A DNA stretch of 42,217 nt from Hyphomonadaceae bacterium (GTDB taxonomy: Bacteria; Pseudomonadota; Alphaproteobacteria; Caulobacterales; Hyphomonadaceae). The position numbers and the translations under genes are program-made. This document shows, in pieces, positions 34,221 to 42,217 of this stretch (positions are counted from its first letter, which is position 1; each line of letters starts with the position of its first letter). Location: assembly GCA_035548775.1 (NCBI GenBank), contig DASZSI010000144.1:1-42217 (forward strand), in the 5' to 3' direction. The notes under the pieces are model-generated. The model saw only the letters and a list, made by a program, of their open reading frames with translations. It was not told the DNA's origin and ran no database searches.

Positions 34221-36423
34221 GATCGCTGGCGACGAAGTCGCCATCATCGAGGATGACATTGGCGCAAACGGCGCTCCGTCCGCACGGCCCGATCGCGCAC
34301 GCTGGAAAATCCTTGTCGTCGATGATGACGAGGAGGTCCATGCAGTCACTCGCTTCGTGCTGGGGAAGGCCGAGCTTCTGGGCCGCCCGCTTGATCTCAT
34401 CGAGGCCAAGAGTTCGCGGGACGCCCAGACCGAACTGCTGCACCATTCCGACATAGCGGTCATCCTGCTCGACGTGGTGATGGAAGAGCACGACTCCGGC
34501 CTCAAATTCGCACGCTGGGTGCGCGAGGCCGGCCTGGAGGATGTTCGCATCATCCTTCGCACCGGCCAGCCTGGCTACGCGCCCGAGCTAGATGTGATCC
34601 GGGACTACGACATCAATGACTACCGGGCCAAGAGCGAGCTGACACAGACGCGTCTCATCACATCGATGACCGCCGCACTGCGTTCCTATCAGCAGATCGA
34701 AACCATCGAGCGCAGCCGCCGCGGCCTCGAAATGATCATATCCAGCTGCAGCCAGCTGTTCCAGAAACGCGAGCTGGCGAGCTTTTCACACGGCGTCTTG
34801 CTGCAGATCGCGAGCCTCTGCGGCATCGACGGCGATGGAATGATCTGCGCGGCCACGGAAAACGCGGCGCCTGCCGACTCAAGCGTGATCAGCGGAGTTG
34901 GAGCACTCGCGCCCTTCATCGGCAGTCATCTGCGTGATCTTCCCGACGAAGCCAACCTGAAAACGGCGACGCTCGAAGCTATCCGCCGGAACATGTTCTC
35001 CACCGACGGGCCGCTGTTGTTGTCGGTCGATACGCCGCCGGACAGGCGTTTTGTCGCTTCGCTCGACCACAGCCTGCCGCTCGACGCCATGGACTCCGCT
35101 CTCCTGCGGGTGTTCGCCGCCAACATAGCGGTAGGCTTCGAAAACGTCGGGCTGATCGAGAGGCTGGATCGCCTGGCCTACTGGGACGAGACAGCGGACC
35201 TGCCCAACCGGCACCGGCTACTCAAGGATATCGGCGATCATGACGCCGATGACCGATACGTCGCTCTCGTTCGCGTGCTGACATATTCCGATACGCTTTC
35301 CGCCTTCGGTCAGGCCATGGCGACCGGTCTCCTGCGCGAGATTGCTGGGTGCCTGCGCGAGTTGCCGGGCCAGCCCGAAGTCTACCGGTACGCCGAGGAT
35401 GTACTTGGTCTCGTGGTCAAGCCGGGCTCGGCGGCTGAGGCGCGCCTTGCAGATCTCGAAAGCTGCCAGTTCCAGGTGGTAGGGCAGGTAATGCGGGCTC
35501 GCTTTGCCATCGGCTGCGCTCCTCTGGCCTATCAGGGCGACGCCGCGTTGATCTGCGAACAGGCCTTTGCCGCACTTTCGCTTGCTGGCGTGAATGGCCG
35601 CGGCGACCTGGTCCACTTCGATGCTCAGATGGTGAAGGACGCGCGCAACCGGATCGAACTGATCGCCGCGCTGCGCAGCGCGCTGGAGGATGGGCAGGTC
35701 GATATCGCCTTCCAGCCGCTCGTCGATATCGCATCCGGCGCCTGCAAGGGATTCGAAGCTCTCGCGCGCTGGAACCGGAATGGCGCACCAGTTTCGCCGG
35801 CCGAGTTCATACCGCTCGCTGAGCAGGTCGGGCTTTCGCTGAAGATCTTCGAACTGGGCGTCCGTCGCTCGGCGCACCTACTGGCCAGGTTGAACGCGAA
35901 AGGCTGTGCGGCGTATGCATCCGTCAACCTCGCCGCCTGCGACCTGGAGCGCGAGGACCTGTTGCCCTTCATGATGAACCTGCTGGGACGCACCCAGTTG
36001 CCGCCATCTTCGCTGCAGATTGAAATCACCGAGCAGTCGCTCATCAGGGACTTCACGGTGTCGGAGCGCAACCTGCGCGGACTGAAGAACCTCGGGTGCA
36101 GGATCGCCATCGACGATTTTGGGACGGGCTATTCCTCGCTGTCCTACATCGGCCGGCTGCCAGTGGATGTTCTCAAGATCGACCGGCAATTCGTCACCGA
36201 CATCGCGACCAACGACTCGTCCCAGGCGATCGTGAGCCTCACGATTGCCCTTGCCCAGCGGCTGAAGCTTGACGTGCTGGCCGAAGGCATCGAGACCGAA
36301 CAGCAACGATCGGTTCTTGCCGGCATGGGGTTGCGGCACGCCCAGGGCTATCTGTTCGCCAAGCCGATGACCGTCGCACAGGCAGAAGCCTGGCAGGGCT
36401 CGCCAGGCGGAGCCGGCAGGTAG
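34195..36423 (+). CDS. Response regulator: REC, GAF-like linker (DUF3369-style), degenerate GGDEF, intact EAL phosphodiesterase
   Basis: ATG at 34195 overlaps the kinase gene by 26 nt. REC is KILVVDDDEEVH...AVILLDVVM. The GGDEF position reads YRYAEDVLGLVV (degenerate). EAL motifs are intact: FEALARW, SVNLAA, LQIEITEQ, IAIDDFGTGYSSLSY, LKIDRQFV, LAEGIETEQQ, AQGYLFAKP. Confidence 0.85.
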   Translation: MQPLNTQPEIAGDEVAIIEDDIGANGAPSARPDRARWKILVVDDDEEVHAVTRFVLGKAELLGRPLDLIEAKSSRDAQTELLHHSDIAVILLDVVMEEHDSGLKFARWVREAGLEDVRIILRTGQPGYAPELDVIRDYDINDYRAKSELTQTRLITSMTAALRSYQQIETIERSRRGLEMIISSCSQLFQKRELASFSHGVLLQIASLCGIDGDGMICAATENAAPADSSVISGVGALAPFIGSHLRDLPDEANLKTATLEAIRRNMFSTDGPLLLSVDTPPDRRFVASLDHSLPLDAMDSALLRVFAANIAVGFENVGLIERLDRLAYWDETADLPNRHRLLKDIGDHDADDRYVALVRVLTYSDTLSAFGQAMATGLLREIAGCLRELPGQPEVYRYAEDVLGLVVKPGSAAEARLADLESCQFQVVGQVMRARFAIGCAPLAYQGDAALICEQAFAALSLAGVNGRGDLVHFDAQMVKDARNRIELIAALRSALEDGQVDIAFQPLVDIASGACKGFEALARWNRNGAPVSPAEFIPLAEQVGLSLKIFELGVRRSAHLLARLNAKGCAAYASVNLAACDLEREDLLPFMMNLLGRTQLPPSSLQIEITEQSLIRDFTVSERNLRGLKNLGCRIAIDDFGTGYSSLSYIGRLPVDVLKIDRQFVTDIATNDSSQAIVSLTIALAQRLKLDVLAEGIETEQQRSVLAGMGLRHAQGYLFAKPMTVAQAEAWQGSPGGAGR

Positions 36424-36650
36424 TCGCCAACTAGCCTCTTGCCTCCGCGGCGCGGATATGGCCTCGCGCGAGTTCGAAAGCGGATGGTCTTCTCCGCCAA
36501 ACCGGTTGTGCCCGCTTCGGCCGGGCGGCGGTTCACGAAGCTGGGATTGCCGCTGCGTTATCGATTGACCTCTGCGTCAATATTCGCCGATCGTTTTGAC
36601 GCCGCCCCGCCTGAGAAAAATTGGAAGATGTTTGGAACGCGAGACATCGC

Positions 36651-38720
36651 ATGAAAACCAAAATTGTGGTCGTCGGCCTGTTCTTCCTCGCAACCTCTGC
36701 GATTCCACTTACCGCCGCCGCCCAGCCGAGCAGCGGTGCGGCCGTCGATGCAGAGGCGTTGTTCAAGGCGCGGTGCAGCGCGTGCCATGAACCGGCAATC
36801 GAACGGGCGCCCGGCCGTGAGCAGCTGCGTGCGCGCAGCAGTCAGGAAATCACCGAAGCTTTGACCAGCGGTATTATGCAACCGATGGCCCAGGGTCTCG
36901 GCCCCGCCGAGATCGGCGCGCTTGCCGGCTTGCTTGGCGGAAGGCCAGCCGAAGGCTCTAACAATGCGGGCATCGCCGCTCCTGCGTCCGCCCCAGCCTC
37001 GCCGCCGGCAATCAAGTCAGCGCCTGCGGATGTCGCGGCGAGTATCCTCGCCAAGCTGCGCGCCGTTACGCCTGCCATGGCAGCAAACCCTTCGCCTGGC
37101 GACTGGCTGCAATGGGCGCGCACACAGGACGCCCAGAACTTCAGCCCACTGACGACGATCAACCGGAACAATATAGCCACCCTTGCGCCCGCATGGCGCG
37201 CTGCGCTGCAGCCCGGGCCGAGCATGCCGATGCCGGTGGTGCATGACGGCGTGATGTTCCTGCAGACGACGCCCGATGTTGTGCTCGCCTTGAACGCCGC
37301 GAACGGCGAACTGCTGTGGCGTCACGTCTATGTCCCCAGCGTTCCTTCCAGCCAGAAGATGGGACTGTCGCTTTCTGGTGATCGAGTATTCGTACCGACG
37401 TCGGACCTGCATGTGATCGCGCTCGATGCGAAGACCGGCGCCCAGGTCTGGGACCACGAGATCGAACTCAGCGCTCCGGCGACCAACCGGCGTGATTTCC
37501 AGCTTCGCAGCGCTCCGTTGATCGTCGGCGACAAGGTCATCCAGGGCGTCACCGCCAGCGGAGCGCCCGGCGGCGGCTATATTGTCGGACTTGATATCGC
37601 GACAGGACGCGAACTCTGGCGATTCCATACCATTCCTCGGCCGGGAGAGCCTGGCGGGAACAGCTGGAACGGGATACCGATCGAAGAGCGCAAGGGCGCC
37701 TCCGTCTGGGATCAGGGCAGTTACGACAAGTCGCTGAACCTCGTCTACTTTGGCGTTGGTCAAACCTACGACACCGCCCCTCTGCTAAAGCGTTCGTCGG
37801 ACCCCTCGGTCAATAACGACGCCCTCTATACCGACTCCACCCTCGCGCTCGACCCCAACACCGGGCGCCTGGTCTGGTATTACCAGCACCTCGCCAACGA
37901 CCAGTGGGATCTCGACTGGGTGTTCGAGCGGCAGCTCACGACGATGAAAGTCGCCGGCAAGACGCGCCGGGTGGTGGCGACCATTGGCAAGATGGGCATT
38001 CTAGACGCGCTCGACGCCAGGACGGGCGCTTACCTGTTCTCGATCGACGCCGGCACGCAAAACGTCATCGCCAGCATCGATCCGAAGACAGGCGCCAAGA
38101 CGATCGATCCGAACAAGATTCCCGATGTGACGCGCCCGACCCTGATCTGCCCCGGGGTCTCGGGCGCGCGCGCCTGGCCTGCCACCTCGATGAACGCCAA
38201 GAGCCAGAAAGTTTTTGTCCCGATCACGGAGTGGTGCCTGACGTTTGGCTCTCAGGGCGCGAAGCTTCTCTCAAGTCCCGGCGCCCAGTTTACCAACGCC
38301 AATCACCCGGATGCGGACAAGGACGGCATGATGGGCCGCCTTCAGGCGATGGACCTGTCAGGCCACAAACGTGACTGGAACCACGACCTGCCGGCGCCGA
38401 TCTCGACGTCCGTGCTCGCGACGGCGGGCGGCGTGGTTTTCTCCGGCGATCTTGATCCCGCACTCAAGGCGTTTGACGATCGCGACGGCAAATTGCTCTG
38501 GACGGCGCCGCTCGACAATTTCCCGAGTTCGAGCGTCATCACCTACGCGGTCGGCAAGGTTCAATACGTTGCCGTGGTTACGGGCCTGCGCAACAATCAC
38601 GTCAATGATCTGTCTCGCCGTTATCAGGCTTTCCGCCGCGGCAGAGGTGAAACCGCTCCCAATCCGAACGGGGCGCCGGCGATACAGGTGTTCGCCCTCA
38701 ATGGCGGGGCGGCGCAGTGA
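36651..38720 (+). CDS. Periplasmic quinohemoprotein dehydrogenase: N-terminal cytochrome c domain plus PQQ beta-propeller (PVA-dehydrogenase-like order)
   Basis: Sec signal MKTKIVVVGLFFLATSAIPLTAAAQ and heme motif CSACH (36774..36788). An Ala/Pro linker is followed by PQQ-propeller style repeats (DWLQWARTQDAQNFSPL, PVVHDGVMFLQT, LALNAANGELLWRH, ALDAKTGAQVWDH, GLDIATGRELWRF, LALDPNTGRLVWYYQH, AFDDRDGKLLWT). TTG at 36621 is an alternative start. Confidence 0.85.
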   Translation: MKTKIVVVGLFFLATSAIPLTAAAQPSSGAAVDAEALFKARCSACHEPAIERAPGREQLRARSSQEITEALTSGIMQPMAQGLGPAEIGALAGLLGGRPAEGSNNAGIAAPASAPASPPAIKSAPADVAASILAKLRAVTPAMAANPSPGDWLQWARTQDAQNFSPLTTINRNNIATLAPAWRAALQPGPSMPMPVVHDGVMFLQTTPDVVLALNAANGELLWRHVYVPSVPSSQKMGLSLSGDRVFVPTSDLHVIALDAKTGAQVWDHEIELSAPATNRRDFQLRSAPLIVGDKVIQGVTASGAPGGGYIVGLDIATGRELWRFHTIPRPGEPGGNSWNGIPIEERKGASVWDQGSYDKSLNLVYFGVGQTYDTAPLLKRSSDPSVNNDALYTDSTLALDPNTGRLVWYYQHLANDQWDLDWVFERQLTTMKVAGKTRRVVATIGKMGILDALDARTGAYLFSIDAGTQNVIASIDPKTGAKTIDPNKIPDVTRPTLICPGVSGARAWPATSMNAKSQKVFVPITEWCLTFGSQGAKLLSSPGAQFTNANHPDADKDGMMGRLQAMDLSGHKRDWNHDLPAPISTSVLATAGGVVFSGDLDPALKAFDDRDGKLLWTAPLDNFPSSSVITYAVGKVQYVAVVTGLRNNHVNDLSRRYQAFRRGRGETAPNPNGAPAIQVFALNGGAAQ

Positions 38721-39062
38721 TCTGGCGGGAGGCCGACGGCGTTAGCTGCGAGTTCCGAAGGAAGAACAAGTGTTCGTGATGCCGAACGCTTCCGGGAATT
38801 GGCTCGTGCAGCGCACGGCGCGCAATAGATGACAACCCGGCATTTGACTTGAGTTTCTGCCCGGTATTGCGTTGCTGAAGGAGAAACGTCTGGTTCTCCT
38901 GCAAGGGCGCGGGGGCTGTATTCTGCCGCATCTTCATGCCGTGCGTGGTTTGATTGTGGCGGAAGTCGTGGCTTACTTCACCTCCACGGCGCACGATGCG
39001 AATGCGATACCGGGCGCGCAAAAGCACTGGCGAGTGTGACGGAATAGATTTTGGAGTGGGAA

Positions 39063-39503
39063 ATGCGTACAGCTGCGATCCGACTTGCGGTGCTGGTTGG
39101 AGTTCTGGCTGGTTGTCCCGCGGGCCTTGCGTCAGCCCAGCCCCCAGCCGCAGCACCCCTGACCGCTGAGGACGTTGCCGCGCTCAAGAATCCTTTGCCG
39201 TTCAACAGCGAGTCCATCGCAGCAGGGAAGACAGTGTACCTGTTGAACAATTGCGCCGCTTGCCATGGGTCGGATGGCAAGGCGCTCCTCGACATCGTTG
39301 CGGAAAACGCGACCGACCTGACCGATCCCAAATTCTGGAACAACGGGACGGAACCTGGTCAGATATTCAAGTCGCTTCACGACGGCGCCGGTCCGAAGAT
39401 GCCCGCCTTCAGGGGAAAGATCAAAGACGAGGACCTCTGGCGCCTGGTCAATTTCATACAAAGCCTGTGGCCGGCTGATCGTCAGCCTCCAAAGCAATCC
39501 TAG
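39063..39503 (+). CDS. Small class I c-type cytochrome, possibly lipid-anchored
   Basis: Heme motif CAACH (39252..39266) and distal Met context GAGPKMPAF. The signal peptide carries both a lipobox-like LAGC and an ASA-Q SPase I site. GGAG lies 6 nt upstream of the ATG at 39063. Confidence 0.85.
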   Translation: MRTAAIRLAVLVGVLAGCPAGLASAQPPAAAPLTAEDVAALKNPLPFNSESIAAGKTVYLLNNCAACHGSDGKALLDIVAENATDLTDPKFWNNGTEPGQIFKSLHDGAGPKMPAFRGKIKDEDLWRLVNFIQSLWPADRQPPKQS

Positions 39504-39563
39504 ACGCCGGCAAATCACTGGCGACCAAAGCGCACTCAGATGCGCAGTCCGAATGGGGAGAAG

Positions 39564-41600
39564 ATGATGACCGATACCAAAGACGGCTCGCCGGACGAAA
39601 ACAGCTCGGTGACCAAAACTGCGGACGTTGCAGCGGCAGAGCAAAGCCCGTCCCGTCGGGAGCTCTTTCCATCGCTCGCCGCCGGCGCCGTGGCCGTTGG
39701 CTCGTTGCCCCTGTTCGCCGGAACAGCCCAGGCCCAGAAAGCCAAGGCTCAGAAAGTTGCGGCCTCGATTCCATCCATCCAGATCCCGAAGGAAATTCCG
39801 CAGTCTCTGACCGATCCCCCGAAGACCTATTCATTTGAAGGCAGGGGGATGACCGGCGCTGAGGTTTTTGCGCAGCTGTGCAAGAAGGAAAATCTCGCGG
39901 CGATGTTCTGCGCACCGGGAAATTACACGGTCATCCACGCTGTCGCTGCCGCCGGAATTCCTAGCTATGGCGGGCGCACCGAAGGCTCGATGTGCGCCGC
40001 CGCCGATGGCTTCTCCAGGGCGACCGGTGAAGTGGTCGCGTGCTCAGGCACCGAGGGCCCCGGCTTTACCAACATGATCGCCGCTATCTCGGCGGCTCAC
40101 TGCGCGCGCACGCCGCTTCTGGTTCTCGCGAGCAACGCCCAGATTTCCGGCGACGACCGCGAGAAGTTCATCCAGCAGATCTACCAGCAGCCTCTGACCG
40201 AAGGCATCAAGAAGTACGGCAAGCGCATGATCGCGCCCAACCGCGTTCATGAGTACGGAGCTTACGCCTTCCGGCACCTCAAGTCAGGAATCCCCGGACC
40301 GGTACACCTGGATTTTCCTGGCGAGGTGGCGCGACAGCGCTTCACGGATCCCTCGGCGCTCACCGACTATTACGACAAGACTCGCTATCGGACGGAGTCG
40401 GTCGCCGTTCCAGGCGCCAAGGACATCGACAAGGCGATCGACATGATCAACCGGGCGCAGCGGCCGATCCTGGTCGCTGGCCACGGCGTCTTCCATCGCA
40501 AGGGCTGGGATGCCTTGATGCAGGCGGCGGAAAAGCACGACCTTGTGGTGGCTACCAGCGGGCCGATGAAGGGCCACTTCCCGGATGATCATCGCCTGTC
40601 GGCAAACCTGTCGCCGGACGCCTTGCTCAGCGCCGATCTTGTGATCTTCGTCGGGCAGTACTGCATGCCGAGCCCAGGCGAGTACCGGTTCAATCCGGAC
40701 ATCAAGTCCATCCGCGTCCATCCCGTCGCCGAGGACATCGGGCGCAACTGGCCGATCGATCTGGGCATTGTCGGGGACGAGGGTGTGTTCCTGGACGAGC
40801 TGGCCAACAAACTGCCTCGCAAGACGCGCGACAGTTGGGTGTCGGAGATCGCAGCCGCCCGCAAGAAATACCAGGATGAACTCGACGACACTTATCGCAA
40901 AGGCCTGAAATACAGCGCCGACACAGGATTCCTGCATCCGGCTGTCATCTGCCGCGAGATTCACGAGTTCTTCTTTGCCGGCAAGGGCGGCATCGATCCC
41001 AAGCAGACCCTGCACGGGTGGGGCGGCAACACCATGCCGGGCTATATCGGCCCCATGTGCCGGAGCAACCGGCCGGCGCAGGGCATCATTCCGCCTTATC
41101 AGTTCGGCACCATCGGTCAGGACCTCTCCATGGTGCTCGGCGCGACGGTGGCCGTCAAAGAAGGCGTGGGGCCACAGAGCGCGTACAAAGGCGCGCCGTC
41201 CGTTTGCCTGACCAGCGATGCCGGATTGGGCTATAGTCTTTTCGAAGTGGAGACGGCGGCCAAGTACAAGATCCCGCTCATCGGTATCGTCTACAACAAC
41301 AATGCGTGGGGAACCTTTACCAGCGCCCAGGCCTCGCCGCGGTCGGTGCACCTGCACCTCTTCCAGGAGAACCTGCGCTACGACAAGGCCGCGGAAGGTC
41401 TGGGGTGCCGGGGCGAATATGTCCGTACGGCGGAAGAATTCCGCGCTGCGCTCAAGCGCAGCTACGACATCGCAGCGAAGGAAAGCCTGCCGAGCTTGAT
41501 CAACGTGCAAGCGATCAAGGAATTCAGCGACGCCGCCAAGTATCCCCCCGGCGCCTTGTGGGGCGGCGCCGAACCCAGCGCCGCCGGCGGCATGCATTAG
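39564..41600 (+). CDS. Thiamine-diphosphate-dependent enzyme (acetolactate-synthase/benzoylformate-decarboxylase superfamily) with a putative Tat signal peptide
   Basis: PYR domain GGRTEGSMCAAADGFSRATGEVVACSGTEGPGFTNMIAAISAAHCARTPLLVLASN. PP domain with the ThDP/Mg motif written as SDAG-x23-NNN (41214..41303). The N-terminal extension contains SRRELF, a hydrophobic stretch and AQA. GGGGAG SD lies upstream of ATG 39564/39567. An internal alternative start at 39849 (MTGAEVF) would remove the signal. Confidence 0.8.
   Translation: MMTDTKDGSPDENSSVTKTADVAAAEQSPSRRELFPSLAAGAVAVGSLPLFAGTAQAQKAKAQKVAASIPSIQIPKEIPQSLTDPPKTYSFEGRGMTGAEVFAQLCKKENLAAMFCAPGNYTVIHAVAAAGIPSYGGRTEGSMCAAADGFSRATGEVVACSGTEGPGFTNMIAAISAAHCARTPLLVLASNAQISGDDREKFIQQIYQQPLTEGIKKYGKRMIAPNRVHEYGAYAFRHLKSGIPGPVHLDFPGEVARQRFTDPSALTDYYDKTRYRTESVAVPGAKDIDKAIDMINRAQRPILVAGHGVFHRKGWDALMQAAEKHDLVVATSGPMKGHFPDDHRLSANLSPDALLSADLVIFVGQYCMPSPGEYRFNPDIKSIRVHPVAEDIGRNWPIDLGIVGDEGVFLDELANKLPRKTRDSWVSEIAAARKKYQDELDDTYRKGLKYSADTGFLHPAVICREIHEFFFAGKGGIDPKQTLHGWGGNTMPGYIGPMCRSNRPAQGIIPPYQFGTIGQDLSMVLGATVAVKEGVGPQSAYKGAPSVCLTSDAGLGYSLFEVETAAKYKIPLIGIVYNNNAWGTFTSAQASPRSVHLHLFQENLRYDKAAEGLGCRGEYVRTAEEFRAALKRSYDIAAKESLPSLINVQAIKEFSDAAKYPPGALWGGAEPSAAGGMH
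39651..39734 (+). other. Putative twin-arginine (Tat) signal peptide core of the ThDP enzyme
   Basis: S-R-R-E-L-F (consensus S/T-R-R-x-F-L-K), followed by PSLAAGAVAVGSLPLFAGT and the A-Q-A cleavage motif. Confidence 0.6.
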
Positions 41601-41624
41601 GATCGCGAACGCAGGATCCGGACC

Positions 41625-42122
41625 ATGCAAGTCGCAGCCGCAGAGATGGACGTCGACCTGGTGGACGGGATTCTGCGCACCTATGCCGAAAAGGGCGTGT
41701 TCACCGGTTACGCGCGCCTGAAGCACTCCACCAGCGCGGCGCAATATCGGATACGCTGGTTCTACTCGCGCCCGATGGATGTATCTCTCGATCGCAAGCG
41801 ACAAACGATCTCGCTGCCCGAATTTTTGCCCTCGGTGGATCTGCAGCCCGTGCTGGTGCGGGATCTGCGAGCCTTCTTGCGGGGAATGTCGGAGTTGCCC
41901 GAGCACCGGCGTCTGGATGAAACGCGGGCCGAGCTATCCCTGAGACGAAAGGGCAATGCGCTGACGCTCGCAGTCCGGAGCCTTGATGGCGATCTGGAAT
42001 ATGCCTGCCGAAAGCTGGTGCATATCGCCAACGAAGTGCTTCTCGTCTTCCTGAGCTCGCATCTCTACGACCAGTACAAGATCGACGGTCTTGGGGTCGA
42101 TCCCGAGACGATCTGGGGCTGA
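41625..42122 (+). CDS. Hypothetical cytoplasmic protein, 165 aa, no recognisable motif
   Basis: The ORF starts 24 nt after the ThDP gene, with AGGA 8 nt upstream of the ATG. No signal peptide or TM. Composition is protein-like (MQVAAAEMDVDLVDGILRTYAEKGVFTGYARLKH...). Confidence 0.5.
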   Translation: MQVAAAEMDVDLVDGILRTYAEKGVFTGYARLKHSTSAAQYRIRWFYSRPMDVSLDRKRQTISLPEFLPSVDLQPVLVRDLRAFLRGMSELPEHRRLDETRAELSLRRKGNALTLAVRSLDGDLEYACRKLVHIANEVLLVFLSSHLYDQYKIDGLGVDPETIWG

Positions 42123-42217
42123 TTGGATTCCATCACGCTTTGATGCGCCGGGGAGCAATCACCGCTTCAACAAATCGAGAGTGCACATTAAAACGCGCAC
42201 TTCGCCCGTCTTTTGCT

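Noticed and set aside
38941-39039. Short ORF (VRGLIVAEVVAYFTSTAHDANAIPGAQKHWRV) in the 342-nt gap between the quinohemoprotein and cytochrome c genes. Its E-V-V-A-Y recalls the E-x-x-x-Y core of the PQQ precursor PqqA.
   Set aside because: There is no ATG and only weak GTG starts without an SD. Almost no leader precedes the Glu, whereas PqqA needs a leader of about 10-15 residues. No pqqBCDE genes lie in the window, and E-x-x-x-Y is a low-information pattern. It is worth a quick alignment to PqqA profiles but is not supportable as a feature.
1-42217. Searched by eye for mobile or defence hallmarks: transposase/integrase motifs, terminal inverted repeats, tRNA genes, CRISPR repeats, toxin-antitoxin pairs, and nuclease or helicase-rich islands.
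   Set aside because: None found. Composition looks uniform, and all large genes are accounted for by metabolic, transport, signalling or envelope functions. The window does not look like a classical mobile or defence island.

Overview
High-GC, densely coding chromosomal segment. Gene content and codon style look alpha-proteobacterial (Rhizobiales-like), but that is inference only. All family calls rest on motif recognition by eye; no BLAST or HMM search was possible. I support 31 protein-coding genes, one of them a partial gene missing from the ORF track. I recognised no rRNA, tRNA, CRISPR array, transposase, integrase or phage genes. The track shows GTG and TTG starts as M, and its coordinates include the stop codon. 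Many long ORFs in the track are antisense shadow ORFs typical of high-GC DNA. Blocks from left to right: (1) doxX-ndh-MBL hydrolase operon. (2) A tightly packed MFS / 3-hydroxybutyrate dehydrogenase / patatin-like lipase / membrane class III cyclase operon. (3) Cupin, secreted YHS-domain protein and an MBL hydrolase. (4) A six-gene minus-strand cluster bracketed by two paralogous TerB-like genes, encoding only membrane-anchored or secreted helical proteins with no recognisable enzymatic motif. (5) An 864-bp gene-free region, then a 1035-aa TonB-dependent receptor and a sulfotransferase. (6) A MacAB/DevBCA-like exporter locus: HlyD adaptor, one ATPase and three tandem paralogous 825-829-aa duplicated-FtsX permeases, divergent from a short YtrA-type GntR regulator with an inverted-repeat operator candidate. 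(7) A c-di-GMP module: doubly degenerate GGDEF/EAL protein, HAMP histidine kinase, and a REC / degenerate GGDEF / intact EAL regulator. (8) A PVA-dehydrogenase-like quinohemoprotein with an N-terminal cytochrome c domain, a small cytochrome c, an acetolactate-synthase-like ThDP enzyme with an apparent twin-arginine export signal, and an orphan 165-aa protein. The best candidates for an undescribed system are block 8 (periplasmic oxidise-then-cleave pathway using an exported ThDP enzyme), block 4 (TerB-bracketed envelope cluster) and block 6 (three alternative permeases sharing one ATPase and one adaptor).
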